A stretch of DNA of 64,000 nt from Camelus ferus (lineage: Eukaryota): contig NC_045697.1 of assembly GCF_009834535.1 (NCBI RefSeq), forward strand, positions 110,548,001 through 110,612,000. Direction: 5' to 3'. Every line of letters begins with the position of its first letter. The stretch's first letter is position 1. Position numbers and translations under genes: made by a program. Shown here in pieces: positions 23,346 to 36,842 of this stretch. The notes under the pieces are model-generated. The model did no database searches and was not told the DNA's origin. It saw nothing but the letters and a program-made list of their open reading frames with translations.

Positions 23346-26300
23346 TTTTTTTTTTTTTTTGTGAACTTACTACATTACATGCAGACAGTAAAGGGCACAA
23401 TTCATTTGTGAAAGCTTTGTAAATTACCACAGAGGGATCACATCCATGTAACTACCAGGTGAAGACATAAAATATCAATACCCTAAAAGGCTCCTTTGTA
23501 CCCTACTCAGATATTACCCTCTATCCCCAAAGGAAGCTAGCCTTCTGACTTCCGTTTTTGAAATTTGTACAGCATTTTGTATACTTTTGTCTGGCTTATT
23601 TTGACATTATGTTTATGAGACTGGCCCATGTTGCTGCATGTAGCCGTTCTGTTCATTCACTCTCATTGGTATAAGTATTCCAATGAGATGTTTAATTTAT
23701 TTGCTATTTCTATTGTCAGAAGTTCGAGGTGCTTTCAGTTTGGGCTGTTCGAATAACGATACTGCGAAGATTCTTGTTCATGGTGTTTTTTTGGGGTGTT
23801 CATTTGCATGCATTTTTGTTGAGTACATAGATGTAGAAGTGATGGGTCATGTTTTTCAAACTTTAGTGGATCATGCCAGAATGATTATACCAATTTACAC
23901 TTTCCTAGCAGTACATGGGTTTCAGTTGTTCCACTTCCCTGCCAACATGTGGGTATTACCAGTCTTTTAAATTTTGAATATTCTGGTTAGTATATATTGC
24001 TGTCTCATTGAGATATAACTATATCACTGTTTAGTAATGATATTGAGCATCTTTTAATAGGATTATAGGAAATTAAGATATCCTCTTGATGAAGTCTCTG
24101 TTTTAAATCTCTTGTCCCTTTATTGCATGGAGTTGCCTGTTTTTTTTTCTTATTACTTAAGATTGTAGCCCTTTGTTGGATATATATTTTACAAATACCT
24201 TCTTCCACTTGGTGGCTTACCTTTCTGATCTCTTCACGATTCACTTGGAAAAGAACAGAAGCTCTTAATTTTAGTATGATTCAATTTATCCATCTTTTAA
24301 AGGTAGTACTGTTTGTGCCCTGCTTAAGAAATCTTTGCTTACCTTGAAGTGATGAAATATTCTCCTAATTATCTTTTAGAAATTTTTTTAATCTTTCAAA
24401 TTTAGTGAGGTGTGAAAATTGTAGGTATATATGCGTGTATACACACGTGCACACAAACATAGCTGTGTTTGGTAGAGAATATCTTCCTTATCTTTTTTTC
24501 TTCTTCTCAATTATCATGACTCTTCTCAGCCCTTCTGTTTCTCTATGAATTTTACAATCACATTGTAAATTTATACCAAAAATCCTACTACAAATTTGAT
24601 TGGAATTGAATTGAATCTGTGGATCAATTTGTGAAGAAATGACATTTTTATAGTATTGGGCCTTCTGATGCATGAAAATTATAGATTTCTCCATTTATTT
24701 AGGCTTTCTTTAATTTCTTTAAACATTCAGTAGTTTACTGTGTAAATATTTCCTACATCTTTTGTTAGATTTCTAGCTATTTAATGTTTTTCAATGCCAC
24801 TATAAAAGATGCCTTTTAATTTCGATTTCTAGTAGTTCCTGTTTATATGAATATAATTTAATTTTACATATGAAATAAAACTGTTTATTTGATCTAATGG
24901 TTTGACTCCGCTTTGTTTTAAATTCTCTACATACACAGTCACGTCAAGTGCAAATAGCTTTTTCTTCCTTTCTATTCCTACACTTTTCTTTTTTTTCTTG
25001 CCTATTTTACTGGCTAGGACCACTAGTCCGGCATTGAATACAAATGGTGATAGAACATATCCTTGTAAACATTCAGCATTTCTCCATTAAGGTATGATGT
25101 TTGCTGTGGTTTTTTATTATAGAAGTCCTTTATCACATTAAGGATAGTCCCTTCTATTCCTAGTTTGCTAAGAGTTTTTTTTTAATGGGTGATAAATTTT
25201 ATTAGATGCTTTTCTGTATCTATTTAGATAATTATATCATTTTTGTCTTACTATTTTAATGTGGTGAATTGCATTGTGTGATGTTTGAATGTGACATCAG
25301 TCTTGCATGTGAAATAAACCCGGTTTGGTCATGGTACATTATCCTTTTTATGTAGTGCTAAATTTGAATTTTGATATTTTCTTTAGAATTTTTACATCTG
25401 GTGTTACATCTGTTATTCTCCCACAGTTCTGGAGGCAGGCAGTCAGACATTAAGGTGTTGTGGGGCCACGCCCCCTCTGAAGCTGGTAGGGGGGAATTTC
25501 CTTGCTTCCGTTAGCTTTTCTTGTTTGCCAGCAGTCCTTTAGCTTGCTGGCTTGCAGATGCATTACTCCCAGCTCTGCCTCTGGTGGATATGGTCTTCTT
25601 CTCCCTGTCTGCCTCTGTGTCTTCACATGTTACTCTCCGCTCTCTGTTTCCCTGTTCCTGTAAGGATGTCAGTTGTATCAAGATAAGGGTCCACCCTACT
25701 CCAGTCTGACCTCTTCTTAGCTAATTACTTTTGCAATTACCCTGTTTCCAAATAAAGTCACATTTTGAGGTATTAGGACTTCAGCATATCTTTTTGGGGC
25801 ACACAGTTCAATTCATATATCAGGGCAGGTCAGTAATCATCTTTAAATTTCTTTAGCTTTCATGATTTTTGGTCTGCTTATTCTGTTACTAGGAGAGGGT
25901 AATGAAAATCATACATTATGACTACAGATTTATCTTTTCCTCCTTTTGAGTCTGTCAGATTTTGCTTGATATATTTGGAGGTTATGTATTAGGTGCATAG
26001 ACATCTAGAATTGTCAAATTTTCTGGTGAAGTGTATCTTTTATCATTATACTATGTCATTTTATTTCTGTGATGCATTCCTGCCTTAAAGAATACTATTT
26101 CTGATATTAGCATAGACTTTTAAGCTTTCTTCTGGTTAGAGTTGCATATATATATTTTTTTCATTTTTTAACTTTTCCTTTTCCTGTATCTTAGCCTTAA
26201 GATGAGCACAATATATAGTTAGGTTTTGTTGTTTTTGCCATTGCTTGTTTTTGCTGAAAGTCTGTGTTTTGAATGGTCAGCTTGCATTGAATGTACTTAC

Positions 26301-28150
26301 TGATGTGCTTAGAATTAAGTATCTTATCTTGCCATTTGCGTTCTATTCCTTGTCCCTGTTCTGTTTCCCATTTCTCCTTTCTTGCCTTCTTTTGATGGAT
26401 TCTTTCTTTGCCTTTTTTTTTTTTTTTCGTTTAGCTGTATTAGTCCTAGAATCTTTATTATACTTTTAGTGATTACCTGGAGACTCCAAAGTGTATTCTT
26501 AACTTACTAAAGTCTAATATTAATTAGTGCTTTTATTCCATTCCAGACAATACAAGGACTTTAGTACACTTTAATTTTTAAAATTTTCTCTTCCAATTTG
26601 TATAGTGTCTTGATATTTCCATATGTCTTAAACCTATGTTTTAACTCCCTACATACCTAATTATAGTAGTATTTAGTTAATATATATTTGTATTCAATTA
26701 TCATTTACATATTATTTCCTCTGCTCTTTATTTTCTCCTGTATCACTCAACTTCCACTATGATTATTTCTTTATTCTGTCAAAGAACATTCATTTGTGCT
26801 TTCTTTGGTATGAATATGCTTATGGCAGATTACCTCAGTTTTGTTTGCCTGAGTCTGTCTTTAATTCATTTGCCTTTTGAAAGGGTATTTACTCGATTAG
26901 TAGTTATTTTCCTTTAATTCTTTGAGATTATTAGTTCCATTTATGTCCTCTGTCTTTGTTGTTCCTGTTGAGAAGTCAGCTGTAATTTGCTTATTACTCC
27001 AATTCTGTTGTAAACTCTGCCCTCTCTGGCTACTTTTAATGTTTTCTTTTTATTTGTGATTTTCAGAAGTGTTACTAGATAGATTTATGTGTAGTTTCTT
27101 AGTTTAACTTAATTGGGACTTTCATCACTTCTAAAATCTGTGGATCAATGTATATCACTTGTTTTAGAAAGTTCTAAACTATTCTGTTTTCATATATTGC
27201 TTTTATCCTGTTTTCTCTTTCCTTTCTATATGGTTCTCCAATCACACATATGTTAAGATCTTTTTACTGTGTCCTACGTATCTATTACGTTCTTTCTGTA
27301 CTTCTCCATTCTTTTGTATATTTGATCTGCATATTTTCTTCAGGTCTGTCTTTCGGTTCTTGAATTTTTTTCATCTGTGTCTCACATGATAAAGACATTC
27401 ATTTGGATTCATTTCTCAGTCCTAAAATTTCATTTGACTCTTTTTTATGATTTCCACTTTTCCTCCAAAATTTTTAGTCGTATTTTTCACTTCCTTGAGC
27501 ATATTATCATAATTAGTTTAATACCCAGTTGTGAAAACATTACATTTCCTATAGATGTGTTACTGTTGATTTTTGTTTCTGGTGGTTTTAGGGCATATTG
27601 TTTTATCACTTTGTATGACTGGTTAGTTTTGACTGAATATCAGACACTGGATATGAAAAACGTGGAGATAATTTAAAAGCTAACGTGCAGCAGCGTGTTT
27701 ATTCAGAGACGTTTTATTTTTGCTTCAGAAAGGGAATCAAAGGATTGGCAGTCCCAGATGGCCTTAATTCAGGCAGGGAGTGAGAAGTTTTGAATTTTGC
27801 TGTAGCCATCATTAAAGTTGGTCCACTTCTGGATTAGTTTTGTTCGGGGTTCCAGACATGTCTCATCAGTAGCTCCTCAGCTCCAGTCTTTGTCCACCAG
27901 TCCTCAGAAATGCGTCTCTCTCTTGCCGTCTTCCCTTGCCTCTCAGATCCCTCTTTGGAACTGGCCAATCCTTCTAAGGTAAACACAATTCCAAAGATAT
28001 GCACATCTCTGTGGGTTTCCTTCTTGTCTAAGATCATAGCCCCGCAGTTGTCTGTCTTGGCCATTCCCAGCCCTTTCAGATAGGCAGCTCTGCTTTAATA
28101 ACTGTCTGCATACTCTGGTTCTCATGGGGAGGGTTGATTAGTGTTACCTA
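23346..28150 (-). mobile_element. Old, highly decayed L1 (3' UTR, ORF2 remnants and probable ORF1 region) interrupted by an LTR
   Basis: Poly(T) at 23346; minus-strand ORF fragments such as NVISSQIDPQIQFNSNQ and LFALDVTVYVENLKQS resemble L1 ORF2; ttgattggaattgaattgaatctgtggatcaattt; gagaagtcagctgt. Left boundary clear, right boundary uncertain. Confidence 0.75.
25405..25822. mobile_element. MaLR LTR (MLT1B/C-like) nested in L1
   Basis: ttattctcccacagttctggaggc...accctgtttccaaataaagtcacattttgaggta...ggggcacacagttcaa. Confidence 0.85.
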
Positions 28151-28900
28151 TTTCATGATGTGAAAATCAGAAAGTAATGTGACTATTTTTTTCTGCTGAG
28201 TTATAATCTTTAAGGTGGCTGTTCAAAAGTCTACAGTTTTATGTGACTTATAAAACATTTTTCATTTGTTCATACTTGCATGCAGTTTCTTAGCATGAAT
28301 TTAGGTGTACACACCTACCAGAAAGCTGTAAGGCACGTGAAGAGAGAGCCAGTGAAAAGGATGGATGTCCAAAGTTGTGTTGTCCTATATATGGTTAAGT
28401 TAGGCTTTGAGTAGACAAAGTTTAGCTCTTAATAAGCAAAATGTTTTTTTAAGTTTAGTATTATTTTGGCCATTAATTTATTTTTAAGACAAAGCAAGGG
28501 TATTGGTTTTTTTTCAAATTCACTTACATATTTTGACTGCTTATCAAAAACTGGGCAATCTCATTTGTTTTTAAAATCCTTTTCTTATGTTATTAGTAGA
28601 ATAGTACTTCTTAGAAAAACAACTCATGAGGACTTATTTTGTATAGAAAGGTATATGTATTTCTGTTAATGTATTAACTCATGATTTTCATTCCAACAAC
28701 AAAAATACAGTTCTCTTTGTTCATCTTTGCAGAACTTTGGAAATAACTATTTATCACTTGTTTCTTTTCCTCTATGTTTATTTTCATATTTACTGATCAA
28801 AAACTTTGTAACTAAAGTCATCAAGGATTCCATACACTTCCAAGACAGGGATAACATTAGTCTGCAGACTCAAATTCTTTTCTGTCTTCACTACTTACAG

Positions 28901-28956
28901 ACAGGGAACACAGTCTCTTCAGCCTGGACCTATGTAGAAGAATTTGGAGAAAATAA
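28901..28956 (+). CDS. RBM46: RBM46 alternative cassette exon (28901-28960) encoding DREHSLFSLDLCRRIWRK* (485-aa isoform)
   Basis: Polypyrimidine tract and acceptor ttcttttctgtcttcactacttacag|, strong donor CAG|gtaaga at 28960/28961, phase-1 compatible, TAA at 28954-28956. Confidence 0.8.
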
Positions 28957-29539
28957 GCAGGTAAGAAAAAGTCTCAGGAATATTAAGTGATATGTTTAGT
29001 TTTCAAAAGCCAGTTATAAAGTATTCTTCTTATGGTTTTAAGAAGAAACATTTTAAATTGTCCAGTGAAACCTTGTGAACATTTTTGATTATTATGGCTT
29101 TTTAATTCTAGACTCATTAAGCAGTTTTAAAAAGTTAAACTGGTTTTCATATTTCAGTTCTTCTCAAAACTTTTAACATGTACATTGTGAGCCACGAAGA
29201 TGGCAAACAGTATTTTACGGTAGATGTAGTTGGAATGAGTGTATTATAAGTAGATTACCCAGAATTTCTCAAACTTACTTGAAAATTGAACCCTAATTTT
29301 TTTCAAACTTACTGAACCAAAATTATTATTGATACAATTTAGAATAAAAGTTCTGTTTATTAGGATTCTCTGTTTAGTTTTTCCAGCATGGTACTGAGAA
29401 GGAAGGATAGTTTTAGGAGGAAGTTAAAAGGTAGTTTATATTTTTAATGAAGATTATTACTATCCAAATTCCTTTTTATGTGTAGAGGCAAAAAATGTAG
29501 TTCCTTGGGTAGCAATCCACATGTTCCTGAGGAAGTTAA

Positions 29540-29690
29540 TTCATCTTTCTGTGCCCCAATTTAATCCTTGTTAAAAAGAAAAATAATAGCACTTATCTTG
29601 TAAGGCTATTGTAAGGATTAAATAGTACCCATCTTGTAAAGTTATTTTTGACACTTAGTAAGTGCTCAGTAAAGATTAGCTGTTATTAAT
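29540..29690 (+). mobile_element. MIR fragment
   Basis: ataatagcacttatcttgtaaggctattgtaaggattaaat...tagtaagtgctcagtaaagattagctgttatt. Confidence 0.6.
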
Positions 29691-30629
29691 ATAACTTACA
29701 CTTCAGATACAAAGAAATACATTTATTATGCTTGAAACTTAAAACTGTTTAGATCTTAAATCTTAGCATAAAAATTCAAATATGTGATGCTATGGTCCAA
29801 ACTACCTTTCCTACAAGTTTTTATAGTTCAAATTTTGAATTATGAGGACTAATTTTACTGATGGAAATGAAACTTTGAAGAGAGCTGCTATCTTTCCTGA
29901 GGCTTTTATGTTCTCATCACTTTTGCTCAGATAGTTTTTCTGTTGAGCTACAGTTTTTGATCTGTACTGAAGCCTAGTTTACTACAGCTCAGATCATAAT
30001 TTTCCCTTTCATAGGCTAGTCTTTTATTACTCTCTTTCCAAACGGTATAGAAACTAGCATTAAAAGGAATCTGACATATGAATCTCTTAGTACAGAGGTA
30101 GCAGACTGGAAGCTCTAGATATGGCTTGTTTGGTCTCGAGTTTTTTGAAAGGAAAGCAAGTAGGCTTCGTTTCGGTACAAATAGTTAGACACCTGTTGTT
30201 TTACGTTCGGTCCTTTCTGAGTTCTTTTTTTGGTTGTTACATCTTGGTCTCTGAAGGCATTTGAGTTTGTAATTGCTGTGCTTAACATTTTAAGAATTTT
30301 TCTGATTTGTTTTTCATGTTTTCCCATTATATATTATCCCTATTAAAAGTTCTTCCGAAAATGATTTGCAGAGTTCTTCAGTGAAATAATTGTTTCTGTG
30401 GTCAAGTGTGGGAAGACCCATGTACTGTATACTCCCCTTGGAAAATCATGTTAGCATATTGAACAATTGTAATAGTAGTCTGCCTAGCTGTTAAGCCCAA
30501 ACCCATCTTTCCTAAAATTTTCCCAAGATTTTTTTGGCTGAGGGATTTGTTTTGAGGTACTTGAATTGTGTGATATATAGTTTGGAAAACACTTAAGGTA
30601 ACCCAAAGAAACACTTGGGATTTCTTTAT

Positions 30630-30855
30630 AATTTTTTTGAGGTATAATTGAAATACAGTCAAATGCACATATTTGAAGTGTACCCTTTGGTCAGTTCTGC
30701 TTTATACATCTGTGAAATGACACCCATGTTCAAGAAAATAAACATCTCCGTCACCTCTACTATAACCCATTCCTTCTCCTACCCTCTTTCCCAGGCAACC
30801 ACTGAACTGATTGCTGTCACTATAGTGACGTTAGTTTGCATTTGCTAGAGTTTCA
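30630..30855 (-). mobile_element. L1 3'-end fragment
   Basis: ttttttgaggtataattgaaatacagtcaaatgcacatatttgaagtgtac...ccaggcaaccactga. Confidence 0.7.
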
Positions 30856-31919
30856 AACCCTTGTTTTTGAAAATTTAAATTATAATCTTTAAATACTTTA
30901 GAATCAAACAGCTGTGATTTCTTAAAAATAAAAGCACAGATATCTGACAGTGTATGTTTGTGATAGTTGTTATAAAGTATCAAAGTTTCACAGTAAGGAT
31001 TTATTGCTCTTTTAAAATTATATTGGAAAATACATTTTAAATTAAAAATAATTTACTTAAAAACAAAACCAGATGATTTTCTCCAAAATTGAATCTAAAA
31101 AAATATAATTACTCTAGTAAAAATAGAGAACTAACTAGAACTTTATAAGGAAGCAATTATAGACAGAAACTTTCTTTCTTATCCAGTTATCTGTTACTAA
31201 GACTAGTATACTCAAAGCCTCCTATAAATCATCTTAAAACAGAAATACTGACCTACGCTATTCTGTGGGCCTAGTCTTAAAAAAAAAAAAATTGGTTACT
31301 TCAATTCTACTGTTTGCCCTTTCCTGTCAGTCACCTGATAGGAAAAGTAAGTAGAAAATAAAAATAATTTTTCAAAATTTAATTATCATAGTACCCTTTC
31401 CCAGTAAATGAGTAAATGAGTAAAAATGCCAGTGAATTTGATAACACTAGTGTATTCTGACTAAAGCATCACTTAAAAATTTTTAGTTACTGATTTAAAA
31501 ATATTTCCTAGGTTATAAGATGCTTAATAATTAGCAGTTCTGAAAATTCTTTCCTCTCCTTTATAGTTAGCTTTTGATTTTCTATACTAGGACAGAAAGT
31601 ACAAAATAATAAATGATGAATATTATTTATATTCTAATATAGATGATTTTTTTCCTCTGTGTTAAATCCAGCCATATTTTATGTTCTGGGTGTATATAAT
31701 AAATGCCGTTAAAAAATGTTTGTTTTCCAGATGAAATTCAGTGGTTCAGTAAGTTACTGAGTTATTACAGTATGGCTGTTTGACTGTTAGAAATGGAAAT
31801 AATAAAGTGTGAAATGAATTTTTTTCAAAAATGTTCATAAAGATCTTACAGAAATTTAAAGAAATGTTTAAAATATGTATTAAAGGTATAGGAAAGGTAT
31901 TTCATCAATCAATATCAGA

Positions 31920-32480
31920 TGCTTCGCCCTCATACATTGGTGTTGGGAGTGCTTAAATGGTATATAGCTGCCTTGGAAACAGTTGGCAGTACCTCAAGAA
32001 GTGAAACCTAGAGTTTACCATATGACCCAGCAATTCCATTCGTAGGTACGTACTCAAGAGAATTAAAGTCACATGTCCACACAAAATCTGGTGCACATTA
32101 TTCCTTAGCAGCATCATTCCTAACAGATGAATGGATAAACAAAATGTAGCCTCTTCATACAATGGGTATAAAAAGAATGAAGTTCTGATATATGCTATAT
32201 GGATGAACCTTGAAAACGTTTTGCTGAGAAGCCAGTTTAAAAAGACCACGTAAATTGTATGATTCCATTTATATGAAAAATCCAAAATAGGCAAATCTGT
32301 AGAAACAGAAATTAGTGGCTGCTGGGGCTGGAGGAGAGGGAATGGGGAGTGACTGCTGGTAGATACAGAGTTTGTGCTGAGGGTGATGAAAATGTTCTGG
32401 ATAGTGGTGTTGGTTGCACATCTTTGTGAATATACTAAAAATCACTGAATTGTACATTTTAAAAAGGTGAATCAAAAAAG
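31920..32480 (+). mobile_element. L1MB-like 3' end
   Basis: ttggaaacagttggcagtacctc...ccatatgacccagcaattcc...aaatccaaaataggcaaatctgtagaaacagaaa...cactgaattgtacattttaaa. Confidence 0.85.
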
Positions 32481-33639
32481 AAGGGGTGGATGTAAAGGTG
32501 GAACTCTAGAGGGTGGAGGTAACAAGGGGAAAAAATCCAATTATGAGGAATTTACTCTTTTATAGAAAATTTATTCAAGGAGTATGTGGTCAGAAACAAG
32601 CTAAAAGAAAAAGAGCCAAAATTAATATGAGAAGACGCTTTCATTGAATTCACTTTGAAGTCTCTATTAAGGGTTTTCTCCTTCTTTATGTGAAACAGAA
32701 AAGCAGCTAGAGAATCTGTGATATTTGGTCAATATGTGTAAGAGAATTAGAAACAAAAAATAAGACAAATAAAGAGATAAATCAGCATGCATCCATTGCT
32801 TAGATTTCCTTAAGGAACATTGTGGTGGTATTTGTCTCTTGTGTCGGACAGAGGAAGGGAGTAGCCTGCATTATAATCGCTAGAAGCGGGACTGGCGAGC
32901 GGCTGTGAATGTGCTGCAGGCCTCTGCGCTGTTCTCCTGTCAGATGTGGTGCCACAGTTACCACTCACTTTCCTGCCCCTTCCAGACACAGCTTCAGGAT
33001 TCTTTGGAATCCGGAGTCCTTTTAGCCTTTACTACCTGATTGGAGTTGGCACTGAAGGTTAAGCCTGTTTACTAGTCTTTACATAGATCAGTGTTAGTCT
33101 ATGAAAATATTTGTTTTCATTCAAAATATAAATGTGAAATTTTAGAGGATTTGATCAAAATGCTGTTGCTAATAATTATATTAAAGCATTATAATGGAGC
33201 AAGTAATACCTTTTTTGCAAAAGAGTCTTTTCATCAAATGAAGTACTACATAAAAGTTTAGCATATAAAAGCAAAGGAATGCAGAGCTGGGTGGTTGAAA
33301 TGAGAAGTGTGGGGGTGGGTAGGTGCAAACAAAAGCCAGGTAGCCTAAAGCACCATCTACTTTATTTCCATCCCCCTGCTTACAGCAGCCTTTTGAGATA
33401 GTTTCTCTCAACTCAGTTTTGAGAAGATTGCCAAAGTAAAATGCTTGATCAAGTGGCAGTAATACTTTCCTAGGAATTGAGAGGCCTAATTTAACCATGG
33501 TGGTATGGAACACTTAGTCAGCCATTTTTTTGTCTATATCATTCTTCAGTGAAAAAGATGGTTTGAATTAGGGACTTCTGAGGACTCAACTCTTCTTCGT
33601 TTAATATTTTGATTTGGAAAATCTGAGTAGCCAAAAGCT

Positions 33640-34470
33640 TTATTGATATCAACAATAAAAAGACAAAACCAATAAGAATGGTCAAAGGGCTTGAACAGAT
33701 ACTTCACTAAAGATGTTCAAATGATCACTCAACACATTATCGATCATAAGGGAAATCCAAATTAAAACCAAAATGAGATACCGTTTCATATCACTGGAAT
33801 AGCAGTGATTAAAAACACTGACAATATCAAATGTTGGTGAGGGTGTGGAGCAACTGGAACTCTCATATATTTTATTGATGTGAGTGTAAAAATGGTCACA
33901 TTAGAGCACTGTTTGGTAGTATATATCCCTACCCTATGACCCAGCAATTCTACTCTACTGTTTACCTCAAACAAATGAAAATAGATAACCCACAAAAAGA
34001 CTTGTATAAGAATGTGTACAACAGCTTTATTCATAATATTTAAAATTTAGAAACATCCCAGATCTTTATCAACAGGTAAATAGATAAAGGAATTATGGTG
34101 TATTCATACAGTGGAATACTATTCAACAATAAAAAGGAACAAATGACTGATAAACACAACATGAATGAATCTTGGAAATTATGTTGAGAGGAAGAAGATA
34201 GACATAAAAATACTTTTAAGAAGTACATTTTATATGAAGTCTAAGAATGGTCTATAAACTATGCTTATCATGATAGAAATCAGAAAGTGGTTGCCTCCAA
34301 CAGAAGGGCTCTTGACTGGAAAAGAATAATGGGAACGTCTAGATTGATGGATATGTTTTTTATCTTGTTTTGGGTGTTGGTTACATAGGTTTATATAGTT
34401 ATCAAAACTCATTGAAATGAGCACGTAGGATGTATGCATTTTATGATATGTAAATTGTTCCTCAATTTAA
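33640..34470 (+). mobile_element. L1ME-like 3' end
   Basis: acttcactaaagatgttcaaatg...tgttggtgagggtgtggagcaactggaactctca...tgtatgcattttatgatatgtaaatt. Confidence 0.8.
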
Positions 34471-35783
34471 GAAGTGTTAGGCAGTTGAATAATTCCCAGT
34501 GTAAAACTTAAATTCTGAAACTGGCTCTGTATTGTTCCCTTAAGAAGGGGAAAGGGGAGTACAGAGCCCAGTCTAAGGCTGAAACGGTGGGTTTGAAGAG
34601 CTAAGGATATTCATTGGGAAGAAAAACCAGGGGTGGGCTAGTAAGTATATGCTAAGAATTTTAATTCATTTATTGATTTGTTGTTTCACAGAAATCAGTG
34701 ATGCTTTCTGAGTTTTATTGTCAGTGATACATCTATTGTATGTTAGAGGAAAACATGATTCATCAAGGTTTATCTCACTAGTTACTAAGTTTGATATGTA
34801 TTCCTATTTTCAAATCACCCAGATATTTTTCTGAAATATTTAGATTCTTAGATTGTTGAAAAAATTATTTTGAAATGCTTAAAAACATCAGAAGCCGTTT
34901 GTTTCCTAATCTTTGTAGTATTGTGGGGGGGGATTTTTTTCTCTTAATTTATTATCCTCTATGGATAAAGTCATCAAAGAGAACTTTTAATTTTATATTT
35001 TTGTTTACTCTCCTTAAAAATGTGAGAATACAGCAGTCCATTAATGTATTTTTATTTTTATTTCTTAAATATTTTTGTCTTTTTTAAGGCTCTTTTTAAT
35101 TTTTTTCTTTTAATTTACTTTTTTTTGGGGGGAGGGGGAGTTGATTAGGTTTCCTTTAGTGTATTTTTAAACTGAAGGTTTACAGGAGGAGAATATCAGA
35201 AATACAAATTTTCAGACCTAATAAGCACTCTGCCGGTAGTCAGTTGTCTATCTTCTTTGTGAAATCTTCCTCAAAGGTCTCTCTTATCCATGTTTCATGA
35301 ATAAGCTGCGTTAGCTCTTGAGGGGATAGAAACCTAAAGTAAAAGTCACTTCTCTGAAAGCTACGTTTCCCCACCTCCAGAAGTAACTATTTAAAGATCT
35401 GCTCTTCTAAATAATGTTGTCTATGAGCACACTGTTAAAATCTGAAGAGCTGGTTGTATCATGTATATATGGCTGATAAAGAATCGACTGTATTTGTGCG
35501 ATAATCTTTAGAAGGAGAGAATCCTTGATTTATCCTACTTTGGATATTAGAAAGGCAAATGGTATCAAAGTAATTCCTTACCCATTTCAAAATACTGAAA
35601 ATATTTTGAACTGGATGCCTTAAATGTATTTATGTCTTCTTGGAAAAAAGCTGCTTTTAATTAATCTTACCGTACCATTAATACAAATAAAAAGGTTAAA
35701 AATTATTTTAATTGGTTTTACAATGCTAGAAATTAAACCTATATTTAACTGATTTTTAATTTTTCCATTTTTTTCTTAACTAG

Positions 35784-35794
35784 GTCCTTTCTGA
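35784..35794 (+). CDS. RBM46: RBM46 alternative acceptor giving a ...LHLGPF* end (470-aa isoform)
   Basis: Long pyrimidine tract ttttccattttttttcttaactag|GTCCTTTCTGA; phase-1 join yields GGT CCT TTC TGA. Confidence 0.65.
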
Positions 35795-36842
35795 TGTTGC
35801 TTGAGCTTATTCTCCTGCAGTTGATCTCATTCCTGTTGGCTTAATATTAAGTCCATGACAACACTAAGTTAACGCTCACGTTTTAGGCCTCATTTATAGT
35901 ACCAGGGAAATACAGAAAAAATTTTACCTGTACATTAGATGACTTAATTTCTTCCACTCCTAGAAACACCATAAGTTATATAAATAATCATTTTATAGTC
36001 ATTTTCACACCCTTGGCTTACTCTACACTAAAGAACATAGTGAGTTTTTGGAAAGTACAGGATTTACAAATTTGGCCTTTAATACTCACACACATCCATA
36101 AACATAATTAGTGAAGCAAGAAATTATTGGTACAGAAGATGAATGTTTATTGTGGAACAGTAATATTTAAAATATTGTTTTTAAAAATTTGGTTTAATTT
36201 TGGGTTTCCTATACTATAAATTGATAATGGTTTCTTGAAGTTTATTTTATAAAACTGACTTACTTTACTGTTTTAAGGTACCAATAGGATTCTAATGTTA
36301 AATTGGTTTGTTGAATTGTATAAATGTTTATGTTAGTATTTAAATAATGAAATATTAGACAGTTTTTTTCAATCCAGGGGTGAATTTTTCTGCTGGTTTT
36401 ATACCTAATGCAGTTTCAAAAAAGAAGCAAATATGAATTCACTGTTTTTCATCTTTTCTTCATGGATGACCCCTTAGTGTCAGTACCAAATCTGAAAAGA
36501 GCTTCGTTGTGGATGGAAATCAGAGGCTCTCTTTCTCAGTGATCATAAAAAGACACAAAACAATTAATAGATATCTAAGAAATAGATACCTAAGAATGCA
36601 TTTTAATAAGATCTCTGAAGCACTGTGTCAGTGAGAGAAATGTCATGCTGACCGATGAGAATACCACAATTTGCAACACAGTGAATGCTGAAACAGCCTC
36701 TGCCAGCAATACAGTATTATCAGGATTTTGAATGTTAGAACATTATGTTGAACTGTGATTATAGTTTTAATGCTTTGTCTATTTGAATTAAATTTGTAAG
36801 CATAAAGATGTGCAGCATAATTGTTCATGTATTTATTTACAG

